The position numbers and the translations under genes are program-made. A DNA stretch of 52,509 bases, from positions 1 through 52,509 of the forward strand of contig JAAXQN010000213.1 of assembly GCA_012974305.1 (NCBI GenBank), in the 5' to 3' direction. This DNA is from Candidatus Methylomirabilis sp. (GTDB taxonomy: Bacteria > Methylomirabilota > Methylomirabilia > Methylomirabilales > CSP1-5). Position 1 is the stretch's first letter, and every line of letters begins with the position of its first letter. The notes beneath the pieces were generated by a model. The model did not search any database. It worked only from the letters and a program-made list of their open reading frames with translations, and was not told the DNA's origin. Below are positions 42,692 through 50,677 of this stretch, piece by piece.

Positions 42692-43384
42692 ATGCTGAGT
42701 GTTATCATCCCCGTCTTGAATGAGGCACCCAACCTCGAGCGGCTCTTGTCGGACCTGCCCGACAAGTGTCCCGGGGCAGAGGTCATCGTGGTGGATGGGG
42801 GATCAACAGATGAAACTCTGCAGGTGGTGGGACGGTTTCCCTTTGCCCGGCCTGTCATGAGCCCGAGGGGAAGGGCCAAGCAGATGAATGCCGGGGTCCA
42901 CGAGGCCCAGGGAGAAGTCCTCCTCTTCCTCCATGCCGATGCGGTCTTACCCCATGGGGCCTCAGAGGCCATCCGCGGGGCACTGGCCGATCCCGACACC
43001 GTCGGTGGACGATTCGACATCAACCTGGAGAGTTCCAGGCTCGCCATGCAGGTCATCGCATTTTTTATGAACCTCCGTTCCCGTCTGACCCGGATCGCAA
43101 CCGGCGATCATGCCATCTTTGTAAGGCAGAAAATCTTTGCGGAGATGGGTGGCTACCCCAACATTCCGCTGATGGAGGATGTAGAGTTCACGAAACGCCT
43201 TAAGCGTCGGGGACGTATCGCCTGCCTTCCCCTCCGAGTGACCGCCTCGGTCCGGAAGTGGGAGCAGGAGGGACTCCTCAGGACGGTCCTTCTGATGTGG
43301 ACGCTTCGGTTTCTGTACTTCTTCGGGGTGAGCCCTGCCCGACTCCATCTACTGTATTATGGCCACGCCCCATCGGTAGAATGA
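42692..43384 (+). CDS. TIGR04283-like GT2 glycosyltransferase ('transferase 2, rSAM/selenodomain-associated'), copy A
   Basis: 'LSVIIPVLNEA', 'VVDGGSTDET', 'RGRAKQMNAG', 'LLFLHADAVLP', 'GGRFD', 'TGDHAIFVRQKIF', 'PLMEDVEFTKRLKRRG' and 'ASVRKWEQEG'. Confidence 0.8.
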   Translation: MLSVIIPVLNEAPNLERLLSDLPDKCPGAEVIVVDGGSTDETLQVVGRFPFARPVMSPRGRAKQMNAGVHEAQGEVLLFLHADAVLPHGASEAIRGALADPDTVGGRFDINLESSRLAMQVIAFFMNLRSRLTRIATGDHAIFVRQKIFAEMGGYPNIPLMEDVEFTKRLKRRGRIACLPLRVTASVRKWEQEGLLRTVLLMWTLRFLYFFGVSPARLHLLYYGHAPSVE

Positions 43385-43494
43385 TCCTCGAAGCAATTGG
43401 TATTTCCGGGAGAGCTAGCAGGAAACGCGGCCCTGATTCCAGAGGTTTTGTCAGCCTATTGAGTGGACACACAGAGGGGTAAATTGGGCGGGAT

Positions 43495-43677
43495 TCAAAT
43501 GTACCAGTCAGACTGATCTTGTTCCTCGCTTTCCTGCTGAGCGAACAATCTACGAAGCGAGGAGGGATCGATATTGTTCCGAAGGGCTTCGAGGAAACGA
43601 GCAATGTGGTACGGGGATATTCCCCTCTCCTGAAGTTCCTCGAGCTCCTGATCGCTAAATTCTTTGATCGTATGCAT
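43495..43677 (-). CDS. Small acidic hypothetical protein
   Basis: 60 aa from the internal ATG at 43677 ('MHTIKEFSDQELEELQERGISPYHIARFLEAL...'). It lies in a lower-GC intergenic-like region and I recognise no family. Confidence 0.3.
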   Translation of the reverse strand: MHTIKEFSDQELEELQERGISPYHIARFLEALRNNIDPSSLRRLFAQQESEEQDQSDWYI

Positions 43678-44090
43678 GCTCAATTCCGGATCCTCATTTG
43701 TGGTCGGGATAGAGCGTTCGCGTAACCCCCATCCCATACCTCGTGCTCAACCAACAATTAGTCTGGCAATCCTTATGCCAGATACAAAATGCTCGGTTGG
43801 TTCCCAGGTGTCTTTCTGTGACGGAGCCCTTCAGAGCTTACAGAAAGTAGGCCCCATACCCCAGAAACCCCTTATTTCTCGCCTGTTGTGTGGATCTCAC
43901 GCGGTGATCCTTTTTTGTCAGGCTCGACTATCAGAGGGATATTCCAATGCCACCCACGGCCGCATGCGCACGTCTCCGGTGGGCAAGATTTGCCGCGACA
44001 CACCACCGAGTGCTTCTCGAGGATAGACGACTATTTATATTTCTCAGTTGTTCAGCCTAAGCTCGGCTGGACGGCGAAGAAGAGTTGCAA

Positions 44091-45302
44091 TCACGATATG
44101 AGGGTCCGCACCGCCAGGTCGGCGATGTGCCGACCGATTGCCAGCGAAGCGGTCGCCGCGGGAGACGGGGCGTTGAGGACGTGGATCGCTTTGGGAGTTT
44201 CGACAATTCGAAAGTCGTCGACGAGGGTGCCATCCTTCTCGACCGCCTGGGCCCGGACACCGGCACCTCCTGGTTCGAGGTCGGCCGGACTGATCTCTGG
44301 GACCAAACGCTGCAGGGCTCGAACGAACGCCGACCTGCTGAGCGACCGGTAGACCTCATACAAGCCCATCCGCCAGTAGCGCGCCGCCATTCGCCACAAG
44401 CCAGGATAGGCGACCATCCCAGCGACCTCGCCGAGCCGGATGTGCCGGTACGTGTAGCCCTCGCGGGCGAAGGCAAGGACGGCATTCGGCCCGGCCTCGA
44501 CCCCTCCGTGGATCGTCCGGGTAAAGTGGACGCCGAGGAAAGGGAAGGCAGGGTCGGGAGCTGGGTAAATGAGTCCCCGAACTAGATGTCTCCGGTCTGG
44601 CACTAAGTTGTAGTATTCCCCCCGGAATGGGATGATTCGAACGTCGGTCCGCACGCCCATCAACCGGGCGACCCGGTCGGCATACAGGCCGGCGCAGTTA
44701 ATGAGGGCTCGGGCGCGGACGGTTCCCGAGGCGGTTTCAAGCACGACCCCTCCATTCGCACTGACGATCCGCCCGACGCGCGCCCCGGTGAGGATGGCTG
44801 TCTCCCGACCTCGCAGGACGCTGGCCATCGTCATCGACACCTTACCAAAGTCGACGATACCAGTCGCAGGCGAGTAGATGGCCGCCAGCGCATTGGCGTG
44901 GGGTTCAATCTCCCGGACCCGTTCCGGCCCGATCCGCTCCAAGCCCGCCACGCCGTTTGCTACCCCACGCTTGTAAAGTTGGGCGAGGCGAGGTAGTTCT
45001 TCAGGCGAGGTCGCAACGATGACTTTGCCGCAGCGCTCGTACTGGATTCCATACATGTCGCAGAAGGTGAGCATCAGCTTCACCCCCTCGACGCAGAGGC
45101 ACGCTTTGTATGAGCCCGGCGTGTAGTAGATACCGGCGTGGATCACGCCGCTGTTGTGACTGCTTTGGTGGGCAGCGAGGCGGGATTCCTTTTCCAGCAC
45201 GGCAAGCCGCAGTCTCGGGACCCGCTCGGACAAGGCCAAGGCGGTTGCCAGCCCGATGATCCCGCCACCGACGATCGCGATGTCACAGGATGTCTCGCTC
45301 AC
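44091..45302 (-). CDS. lhgO: L-2-hydroxyglutarate oxidase/dehydrogenase (FAD-dependent)
   Basis: 'DIAIVGGGIIGLATA', 'LEKE...A.HQSSHNSGVIHAGIYYTPGS', 'PFRGEY' and 'GVRAQAV..DG.LVDDF' are collinear with E. coli LhgO as I recall it. GTG start. Confidence 0.8.
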   Translation of the reverse strand: MSETSCDIAIVGGGIIGLATALALSERVPRLRLAVLEKESRLAAHQSSHNSGVIHAGIYYTPGSYKACLCVEGVKLMLTFCDMYGIQYERCGKVIVATSPEELPRLAQLYKRGVANGVAGLERIGPERVREIEPHANALAAIYSPATGIVDFGKVSMTMASVLRGRETAILTGARVGRIVSANGGVVLETASGTVRARALINCAGLYADRVARLMGVRTDVRIIPFRGEYYNLVPDRRHLVRGLIYPAPDPAFPFLGVHFTRTIHGGVEAGPNAVLAFAREGYTYRHIRLGEVAGMVAYPGLWRMAARYWRMGLYEVYRSLSRSAFVRALQRLVPEISPADLEPGGAGVRAQAVEKDGTLVDDFRIVETPKAIHVLNAPSPAATASLAIGRHIADLAVRTLIS

Positions 45303-45340
45303 GCGCCTTGCTCATCTAATGTTGGATTCATCGTTCTTCA

Positions 45341-45378
45341 AAAGAAAAACGCCCTCCCGAGCATGCCCGAGAAGGCGT
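45341..45378 (-). terminator. Putative intrinsic terminator after the DUF748-like gene
   Basis: An imperfect hairpin (ACGCC..CTC / GAG..GGCGT) is followed on the minus strand by TTTTTCTTT. Confidence 0.4.
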
Positions 45379-45403
45379 GTCTGATTTCTGGAGAAAGACC
45401 ACC

Positions 45404-46534
45404 CTACTTCTTTTTTGGGCCACCGAAGAGCCCCTGAACCTCCCTAAGAACTCCCTCCGCTTCCTTACCAGATTCGCCGGTCGCCTCCAGGGCCTTTTCC
45501 ACGGCTTCCGCTCCCTGGATGCTTCCCACCAGGGCCGACCCGACGCGCTTGGCGAAATATTCGTTCAGGGAAAACCGGGGATTGTCGATGTCACCTTCGA
45601 TCACGAAGTCTACTTCAATCTTGTCGTCCTTATTCTTGAGGGTGCTCACCACGGCCGAGGCTGGCACACCCATAAACGTGCCGCCGCCGCGAGCAAACTC
45701 GAGGTCCGAGATGACCACCCTTCCCGGGGCGTTTAGCCGCTTCTTGCTCACCCGGGAGTCGAGGTCCAAGTCCAAAGCCCCCTTTCGGAGCCGCGTCTCT
45801 GCCGCCTTGCTGAGGTAGGGTTGGAACGTTACCAGATCCACGGACCGAAGCCGGACCTTTACCGAGGAGTCCTTGCTCACCACCTCGGCCCATCCAGAGA
45901 CGGTTGCGCGCCCATCCTGCTGGACGCCTTTCACCACACCCGCCAGGGTGAATTTCGTCTTCCCCTCGAGCGTCGGAGTCACCACGTTCCGAATGGATGC
46001 CTGGATCTGCTCCATGCGGATCTTGAGGGGTGGCCGAGCGACGGTGGCGTCGAATAGCTCCACCACGCCGTCCTGTAACGTGATGCGCGAAAGAGTAACG
46101 GTCGGGGCTGACGTCGATCCGTTGCCCGATGCCTGTTGCTCCGTGTCCCGCTGTGCCAGCAGGGTAGGAACAACTTGCAGCCTCCCGTCCCGCGTCCGCA
46201 ACACCGAGACGTACGGCCTGTCGACAGTGATCGAACCCACCTGGACCCGGCCTGAGAGGAGACTCAGCAGGCTAGGAACGATGACCACCCGCTCGGCCCG
46301 CAGGGCGTCCTTCGCCGGCCACCCCGGGGTCCCCTTGATCCGGAGGCCCTGTACCTCCACCCCGGACCAGCCCACGCTCAGTTCTTTGATCTCGCTCCCC
46401 GGGCCCAAGGCCTGCACCACCTTGCCTTTAAGGACCCCAACGGCTGTCCGGAATGCGAGGGCGCCCCCCACGACAACGGCGACCAGCACCACGAGGCCGA
46501 TCAGGCCCCACATCTTTGCCCTTCCGTTTGCCAT
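45404..46534 (-). CDS. Membrane-anchored AsmA-like / DUF748-like protein
   Basis: 376 aa with an N-terminal TM anchor, then repetitive beta-rich segments ('VEVQGLRIKG', 'GSITVDRPYVSVLR', 'ITLQDGVVELFD'). Confidence 0.5.
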   Translation of the reverse strand: MANGRAKMWGLIGLVVLVAVVVGGALAFRTAVGVLKGKVVQALGPGSEIKELSVGWSGVEVQGLRIKGTPGWPAKDALRAERVVIVPSLLSLLSGRVQVGSITVDRPYVSVLRTRDGRLQVVPTLLAQRDTEQQASGNGSTSAPTVTLSRITLQDGVVELFDATVARPPLKIRMEQIQASIRNVVTPTLEGKTKFTLAGVVKGVQQDGRATVSGWAEVVSKDSSVKVRLRSVDLVTFQPYLSKAAETRLRKGALDLDLDSRVSKKRLNAPGRVVISDLEFARGGGTFMGVPASAVVSTLKNKDDKIEVDFVIEGDIDNPRFSLNEYFAKRVGSALVGSIQGAEAVEKALEATGESGKEAEGVLREVQGLFGGPKKK

Positions 46535-46783
46535 AGCCTCTCCCCATCACCGGGTAATAAACAAGTACCCCAAGTGATCCACCGATTTCCCGGTCCCCAC
46601 TGGCCTTCGTCCCTATCTGATTCCGGATCCAGTTCTGCCGCCGTTCGGCTAACAGCCCCTTTTCCGGTCCCGAACAGGTTTACGACCCTTAGAGCCCGCG
46701 ACTTCTGTGAACCTCTTGGGGTAAGCGAATATTACCCTTTCCGTCACTCACTTGTCAAGGAAATTCTTACGGCGAATGTAACC

Positions 46784-48157
46784 TCATTCCGAGGTGGGAT
46801 TTGGTGGGGGCTGGCTTAAGACGAGACTCTTGAGGCTCTTACCGGCCAGGGTGGTAGCGACCGCCCGATCTACCTGCTCGGACACATCATCGACCACATC
46901 CTTATTGCCCTCTCGATTCGGCAATTCTTCTGGTCCCCCGGCCGTCCGCAACGAATCCAGAATCTCCTTGAGGCCGATTCGCTCGAGATCACGGGCTGGG
47001 ACATATCCCTGTCCGTCCGATGCCGCAACAAGCAGCTGCTTCTGGGTGAGAGTATGCAACAGCTCGGTGATCAGCTGCCTGGGTGCGTTATACCGCCGGG
47101 CCAACGCTAGAGCGGTCCAGGGTTCCATCCCATAGTAGAAATTGTGTCCGATCAGTGTCATGAGGTGTAAAACCAGCCGTTCCCGGTCCGCCACGCTGGT
47201 CATCGAGGCCTTTCGTCCTTCCTGGTAGGTGTCCAAGTGCTGACTGGCAAAGGCCACCTGCCCTCCTAACAGCACAATCACCCACCCTACATAGAACCAG
47301 AGGAGTAACAGGAACAGGATGGCAAAGCTCGAGTAGATCGCGTAGTATTTGGTGGAAGAAGCCACAAACGTGGCAAATACCAATCCCGCGGTGACCCAGA
47401 GAATGGCCCCCACCAGGCCGCCGATCAGAGCCGACCCCATATGCACGTTCGTGTTGGGCATGAAAACGTAAAGGAAGGTGAGGGCTCCCCAGAGCATAAA
47501 ATACGGCACCAGCCGGAGGCTGGTCAGAATCATCGTACCAAAGGGCTCAATGTCCATGAGACTTTGCACCAGCGCGGAGCTCTGAAGCGAAGCGAAGACC
47601 GCAATGGCCGAGAACACCAAAACGGGACCGACCAGGAGCACGCTCAGGTAATCGGTGAACTTCCGGGCCAGCCCTCGTGGCGCTTTCACTCCCCAGACCT
47701 GATTAAAGGCCTGCTCGATACTTCCCATCAGGGACACGGTCGTAACAAACAGGGCGATCAGGCCTACCGCTCCTAGGGATCCCACGTCCACGTTATTCAC
47801 AAATCCGATCAGGCGAGTGGTGATCTCGTTCGCACTTGGACCGAGGGGAGCCAGCAACTCGACCAGGAACGGCTGCAGCCGATTAGGTACGCCGAAAGCC
47901 CTGAGGAGCGAGAAGGTCACGGCGAGGAACGGGGCGATGGAAAGCAACATGGTGAACGTCAGCGCGGCTGCCTGGCGCGGTACATTATTCTCAACAAACC
48001 CGTTGGCCACGATGTACAAAAGCCTGAGCTGTGGATACAGAAACCGGCGGACCTTGCTGAGCTGCGAAGATTCAACCTCCCACATCTCGTCCAGGATCTG
48101 CGTGTTGAGCCGATCTAGATAGCTATGGAGCCCTATGCTCATCGTTCCCCACCCCAT
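46784..48157 (-). CDS. YihY/BrkB-family inner membrane protein with C-terminal winged-helix-like extension
   Basis: 'AAALTFTMLLSIAPFLAV' and the six-TM core pattern are present. About 110 aa of soluble tail follows. The start may be ATG 48142. Confidence 0.75.
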   Translation of the reverse strand: MGWGTMSIGLHSYLDRLNTQILDEMWEVESSQLSKVRRFLYPQLRLLYIVANGFVENNVPRQAAALTFTMLLSIAPFLAVTFSLLRAFGVPNRLQPFLVELLAPLGPSANEITTRLIGFVNNVDVGSLGAVGLIALFVTTVSLMGSIEQAFNQVWGVKAPRGLARKFTDYLSVLLVGPVLVFSAIAVFASLQSSALVQSLMDIEPFGTMILTSLRLVPYFMLWGALTFLYVFMPNTNVHMGSALIGGLVGAILWVTAGLVFATFVASSTKYYAIYSSFAILFLLLLWFYVGWVIVLLGGQVAFASQHLDTYQEGRKASMTSVADRERLVLHLMTLIGHNFYYGMEPWTALALARRYNAPRQLITELLHTLTQKQLLVAASDGQGYVPARDLERIGLKEILDSLRTAGGPEELPNREGNKDVVDDVSEQVDRAVATTLAGKSLKSLVLSQPPPNPTSE

Positions 48158-48672
48158 ATGGGCATCGGCATTTTTCCAGCTTCCTTCTGCGTGTAAGTCC
48201 GGGGCTATAAACCATCACCCCTGCCTATAAATGGATCAGAAGTCCTGTTTGAATTCTCTTTGTAGCTATGCAGTTAGCGTGCCGATGGACGTTCGGAAAA
48301 ATCCGTTTCCGTGACAAGAGGGACGGGCTGGCCTACGGCTATCCCTCGTCGTCGGAGGGTTGTAAACGCCGATCACAACCCTACTGCTCGGGCCCCCGGA
48401 CGCTCAGCCTGGGGGGTGGGGGCGAACAGGCAAAACGCCCTACCGGATCTTGCCAGGTCCGAGAAGTCGCCTGGTCTTCTGGTATGTCGTGGATTGGCCC
48501 AAGGGAACAGGGAGTCCGTCCAGCTGGAGAAAAGCGGCTCTTTTCTGTCTCGAAGATGAGGATATTGACGCCTCGCGTATTTGGAACGAAATGTGCACTT
48601 GGCCTGGCGTGGAGCTGAACCGGAGATAGAATCATCTTCGGTGTTTGGGCTTCTGAGACGGAGGAGCATCTA

Positions 48673-49599
48673 ATGAGCAAGCGGCTGATAGTCATCAGCG
48701 TAGCGGGCCTTGTTCTCATCGGTGGTGCCTACGGGTATACCAATTGGTATAAGCAGCCTTCGCAGACGCCGCCACCACCACGGCCTCGCCCTGTCCGGCA
48801 GGTGGCGAAGCCTCGACCGCCCCAGCCCCCGACCGCGGCTAAGCGTCTCCAGGTAAAACCGAAGGCCGCCAGGCTTCCGGTAGCATCTAGTGCAACCGGA
48901 CCCACACAGAAGCAGGCGGCAGTATCTCCCAAGGTCGCAGGGCCCAAGGCAAAGAAGAGCCCCAAGCCAGCAGTAAAGCAGCTGCCAGCACCTCTCAAGG
49001 TGGAAGGTCCCAAAGCCCCCTCAAGGGTAGCCAAACCGGTCGTCACCCCGCGGAAGAGCCCAAAGCCGGCGTCGTCTCGGGCCCAAGTGGAGCAGCCGAC
49101 CCCAAAACGGCTGGCGAGGGCGTCTGAGCCCACGGCAAAGCCGGAAAAGCGGTACAGTGTCCAGGTCGCCTCTCTGGTGATCGAGCGAAACGCGCTCTCC
49201 CTCAAGAAGCGACTGGAAAAGCTCGGGTACAGCCCGACCATCGAAAAGACCACTGCTCCCATCAAGCGCCATCGGGTCTACGCGGGTGAGTTTAACAGCC
49301 GAGACGCAGCAGAGCAGACCGCGCGGAGACTTGGGGTGGACGGGTTTCCCTCAAATATGGTCGAGACAGAGCAACGGAAGTTCGCGCTCGAGGTCGGGTG
49401 GTCCTTCAGTCTAAACGAGGCACTCGATCTGGCCCACGGTCTTCACAAGAAAAACTATGCCTCGAAGATTGTCTCTAACGTCAGCCCCACCCCTGTACAC
49501 GTCGTGCGGGTTGGAGCGTACAAGAACCGTTCGGACGCCGTGCGAGCGAGCGAGGCTCTCAAGACAAAAGGGTTCGCACCTCTCATTGTGCGGAACTGA
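48673..49599 (+). CDS. SPOR-domain (peptidoglycan-binding) protein with Pro/Lys-rich linker
   Basis: N-terminal TM anchor, a P/K/A-rich low-complexity region, then two SPOR-like repeats ('YSVQVASL...RVYAGEFNSRDAAEQ' and 'VRVGAYKNRSDAVRA'). SD GGAGGAG upstream. Confidence 0.8.
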   Translation: MSKRLIVISVAGLVLIGGAYGYTNWYKQPSQTPPPPRPRPVRQVAKPRPPQPPTAAKRLQVKPKAARLPVASSATGPTQKQAAVSPKVAGPKAKKSPKPAVKQLPAPLKVEGPKAPSRVAKPVVTPRKSPKPASSRAQVEQPTPKRLARASEPTAKPEKRYSVQVASLVIERNALSLKKRLEKLGYSPTIEKTTAPIKRHRVYAGEFNSRDAAEQTARRLGVDGFPSNMVETEQRKFALEVGWSFSLNEALDLAHGLHKKNYASKIVSNVSPTPVHVVRVGAYKNRSDAVRASEALKTKGFAPLIVRN

Positions 49600-49658
49600 T
49601 CGTTTTCCTGAACCATCCATGTGACCCAGGCATTCGTTTCACTCTTTGGGGAGAAACA

Positions 49659-49705
49659 AAACGCCTTCCTGGGACGAAACAAGACCCTGGAGGGCGTTTC
49701 CTTTT
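49659..49705 (+). terminator. Intrinsic terminator after the SPOR gene
   Basis: AACGCCTTCCTGGG / CCCTGGAGGGCGTT form a 14-position stem (one mismatch, one G.U pair), followed by TTTCCTTTT. Confidence 0.6.
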
Positions 49706-49894
49706 ACTGACGACCCAACGAACGTGCTGCCAGTTTTCTCACACGATGCTTATCAGTGTGGCGTCGGGGTGCCCAAATGGGAGAAATTGGTCTGGAGCTT
49801 GCAAAACATCCCGGGAGGAGCCCTGACTGGTGTTCAGCGGGGGCGCAACCGTTCATGAGGACTTGCCACGATGACCAATCCAGACAATAAAGAG

Positions 49895-50590
49895 ATGCTG
49901 AGTATCATCATCCCCGCCGTGAATGAGGCTCACAATCTTCGACGACTCCTGCCGGACCTGTCAAAGAAGTTTCCTGGGGCAGAGGTGATTGTAGTGGACG
50001 GGGGATCGATAGATGGGAGCCCTCAGGTAGTACAACAGTTTCCCTTCGCCCGGTTTTTCGAGACCCCGCGGGGAAGGGCCCGACAAATGAACGCCGGGGC
50101 CAGGGAGGCCCGGGGGGAAATTCTTCTCTTCCTCCACGCCGATACCTCCTTACCGAATGGAGCCTTGGAGGCCATCCAAAAGGCACTGGCGGACCCCCAG
50201 GTTGTCGGCGGACGATTCGAGATCGAGTTGGATAGCAGTCGGCCTATCTTCCAGGCCATCGCCTATTTTCTGAATCTTCTTCGATCCCGCCCTGATTTGA
50301 TCGCGACCGGCGATCAGGCGGTCTTTGTGAGGCGGAAGATCTTCAGCGCAATGGACGGTTACCCAGAGATTCCGCTGATGGAAGATGTGGAGTTCATCAA
50401 AAACCTCAAGCGCCGTGGAAACATTGCCTACCTCCCTATTCCGGCAACAACCTCGACCCGCAAGTGGGAGCGAGAGGGGGTGCTCCAGACAACCCTCCTG
50501 ATGTTGACCGTTTGGCTTCTCCACTTCATTCGAGTCAGCCCAGCGAGACTCCACCAACTGTACTACGGCTATACTCTCCCGACCAAGTGA
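49895..50590 (+). CDS. TIGR04283-like GT2 glycosyltransferase, copy B
   Basis: Roughly two-thirds identical by eye to copy A along its full length ('LSIIIPAVNEA', 'RGRARQMNAG', 'LLFLHADTSLP', 'GGRFE', 'TGDQAVFVRRKIF', 'PLMEDVEFIKNLKRRG'). I chose ATG 49895 by alignment to copy A; the track ORF starts at 49871. Confidence 0.8.
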   Translation: MLSIIIPAVNEAHNLRRLLPDLSKKFPGAEVIVVDGGSIDGSPQVVQQFPFARFFETPRGRARQMNAGAREARGEILLFLHADTSLPNGALEAIQKALADPQVVGGRFEIELDSSRPIFQAIAYFLNLLRSRPDLIATGDQAVFVRRKIFSAMDGYPEIPLMEDVEFIKNLKRRGNIAYLPIPATTSTRKWEREGVLQTTLLMLTVWLLHFIRVSPARLHQLYYGYTLPTK

Positions 50591-50677
50591 CCCCTCATCC
50601 CTGTTGTCGTTGCTGTCTTGGTGGTATTCTCTGGTGAGAGATTCATCGTCGCGATCGAGGGGAGCGGGTTTCAGCAA

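Noticed and set aside
48192-48205. GUAAGUCCGGGGCU, which resembles the RNase P RNA CR-I/P4 motif (GAAAGUCCGGGCUC)
   Set aside because: The flanks are AU-rich and lack the other conserved RNase P blocks. There is no ACAGAAnCCGGCUUA-type CR-V and no P1-P3 pairing. I judge it a chance match.
48453-48474. CCAGGUCCGAGAAGUCGCCUGG, which resembles the SRP RNA domain IV hairpin
   Set aside because: It lacks the symmetric and asymmetric loop sequence (GGAA tetraloop with AGCA / GGAAGCAGCC context) and the long helix 5 pairing expected of 4.5S RNA.
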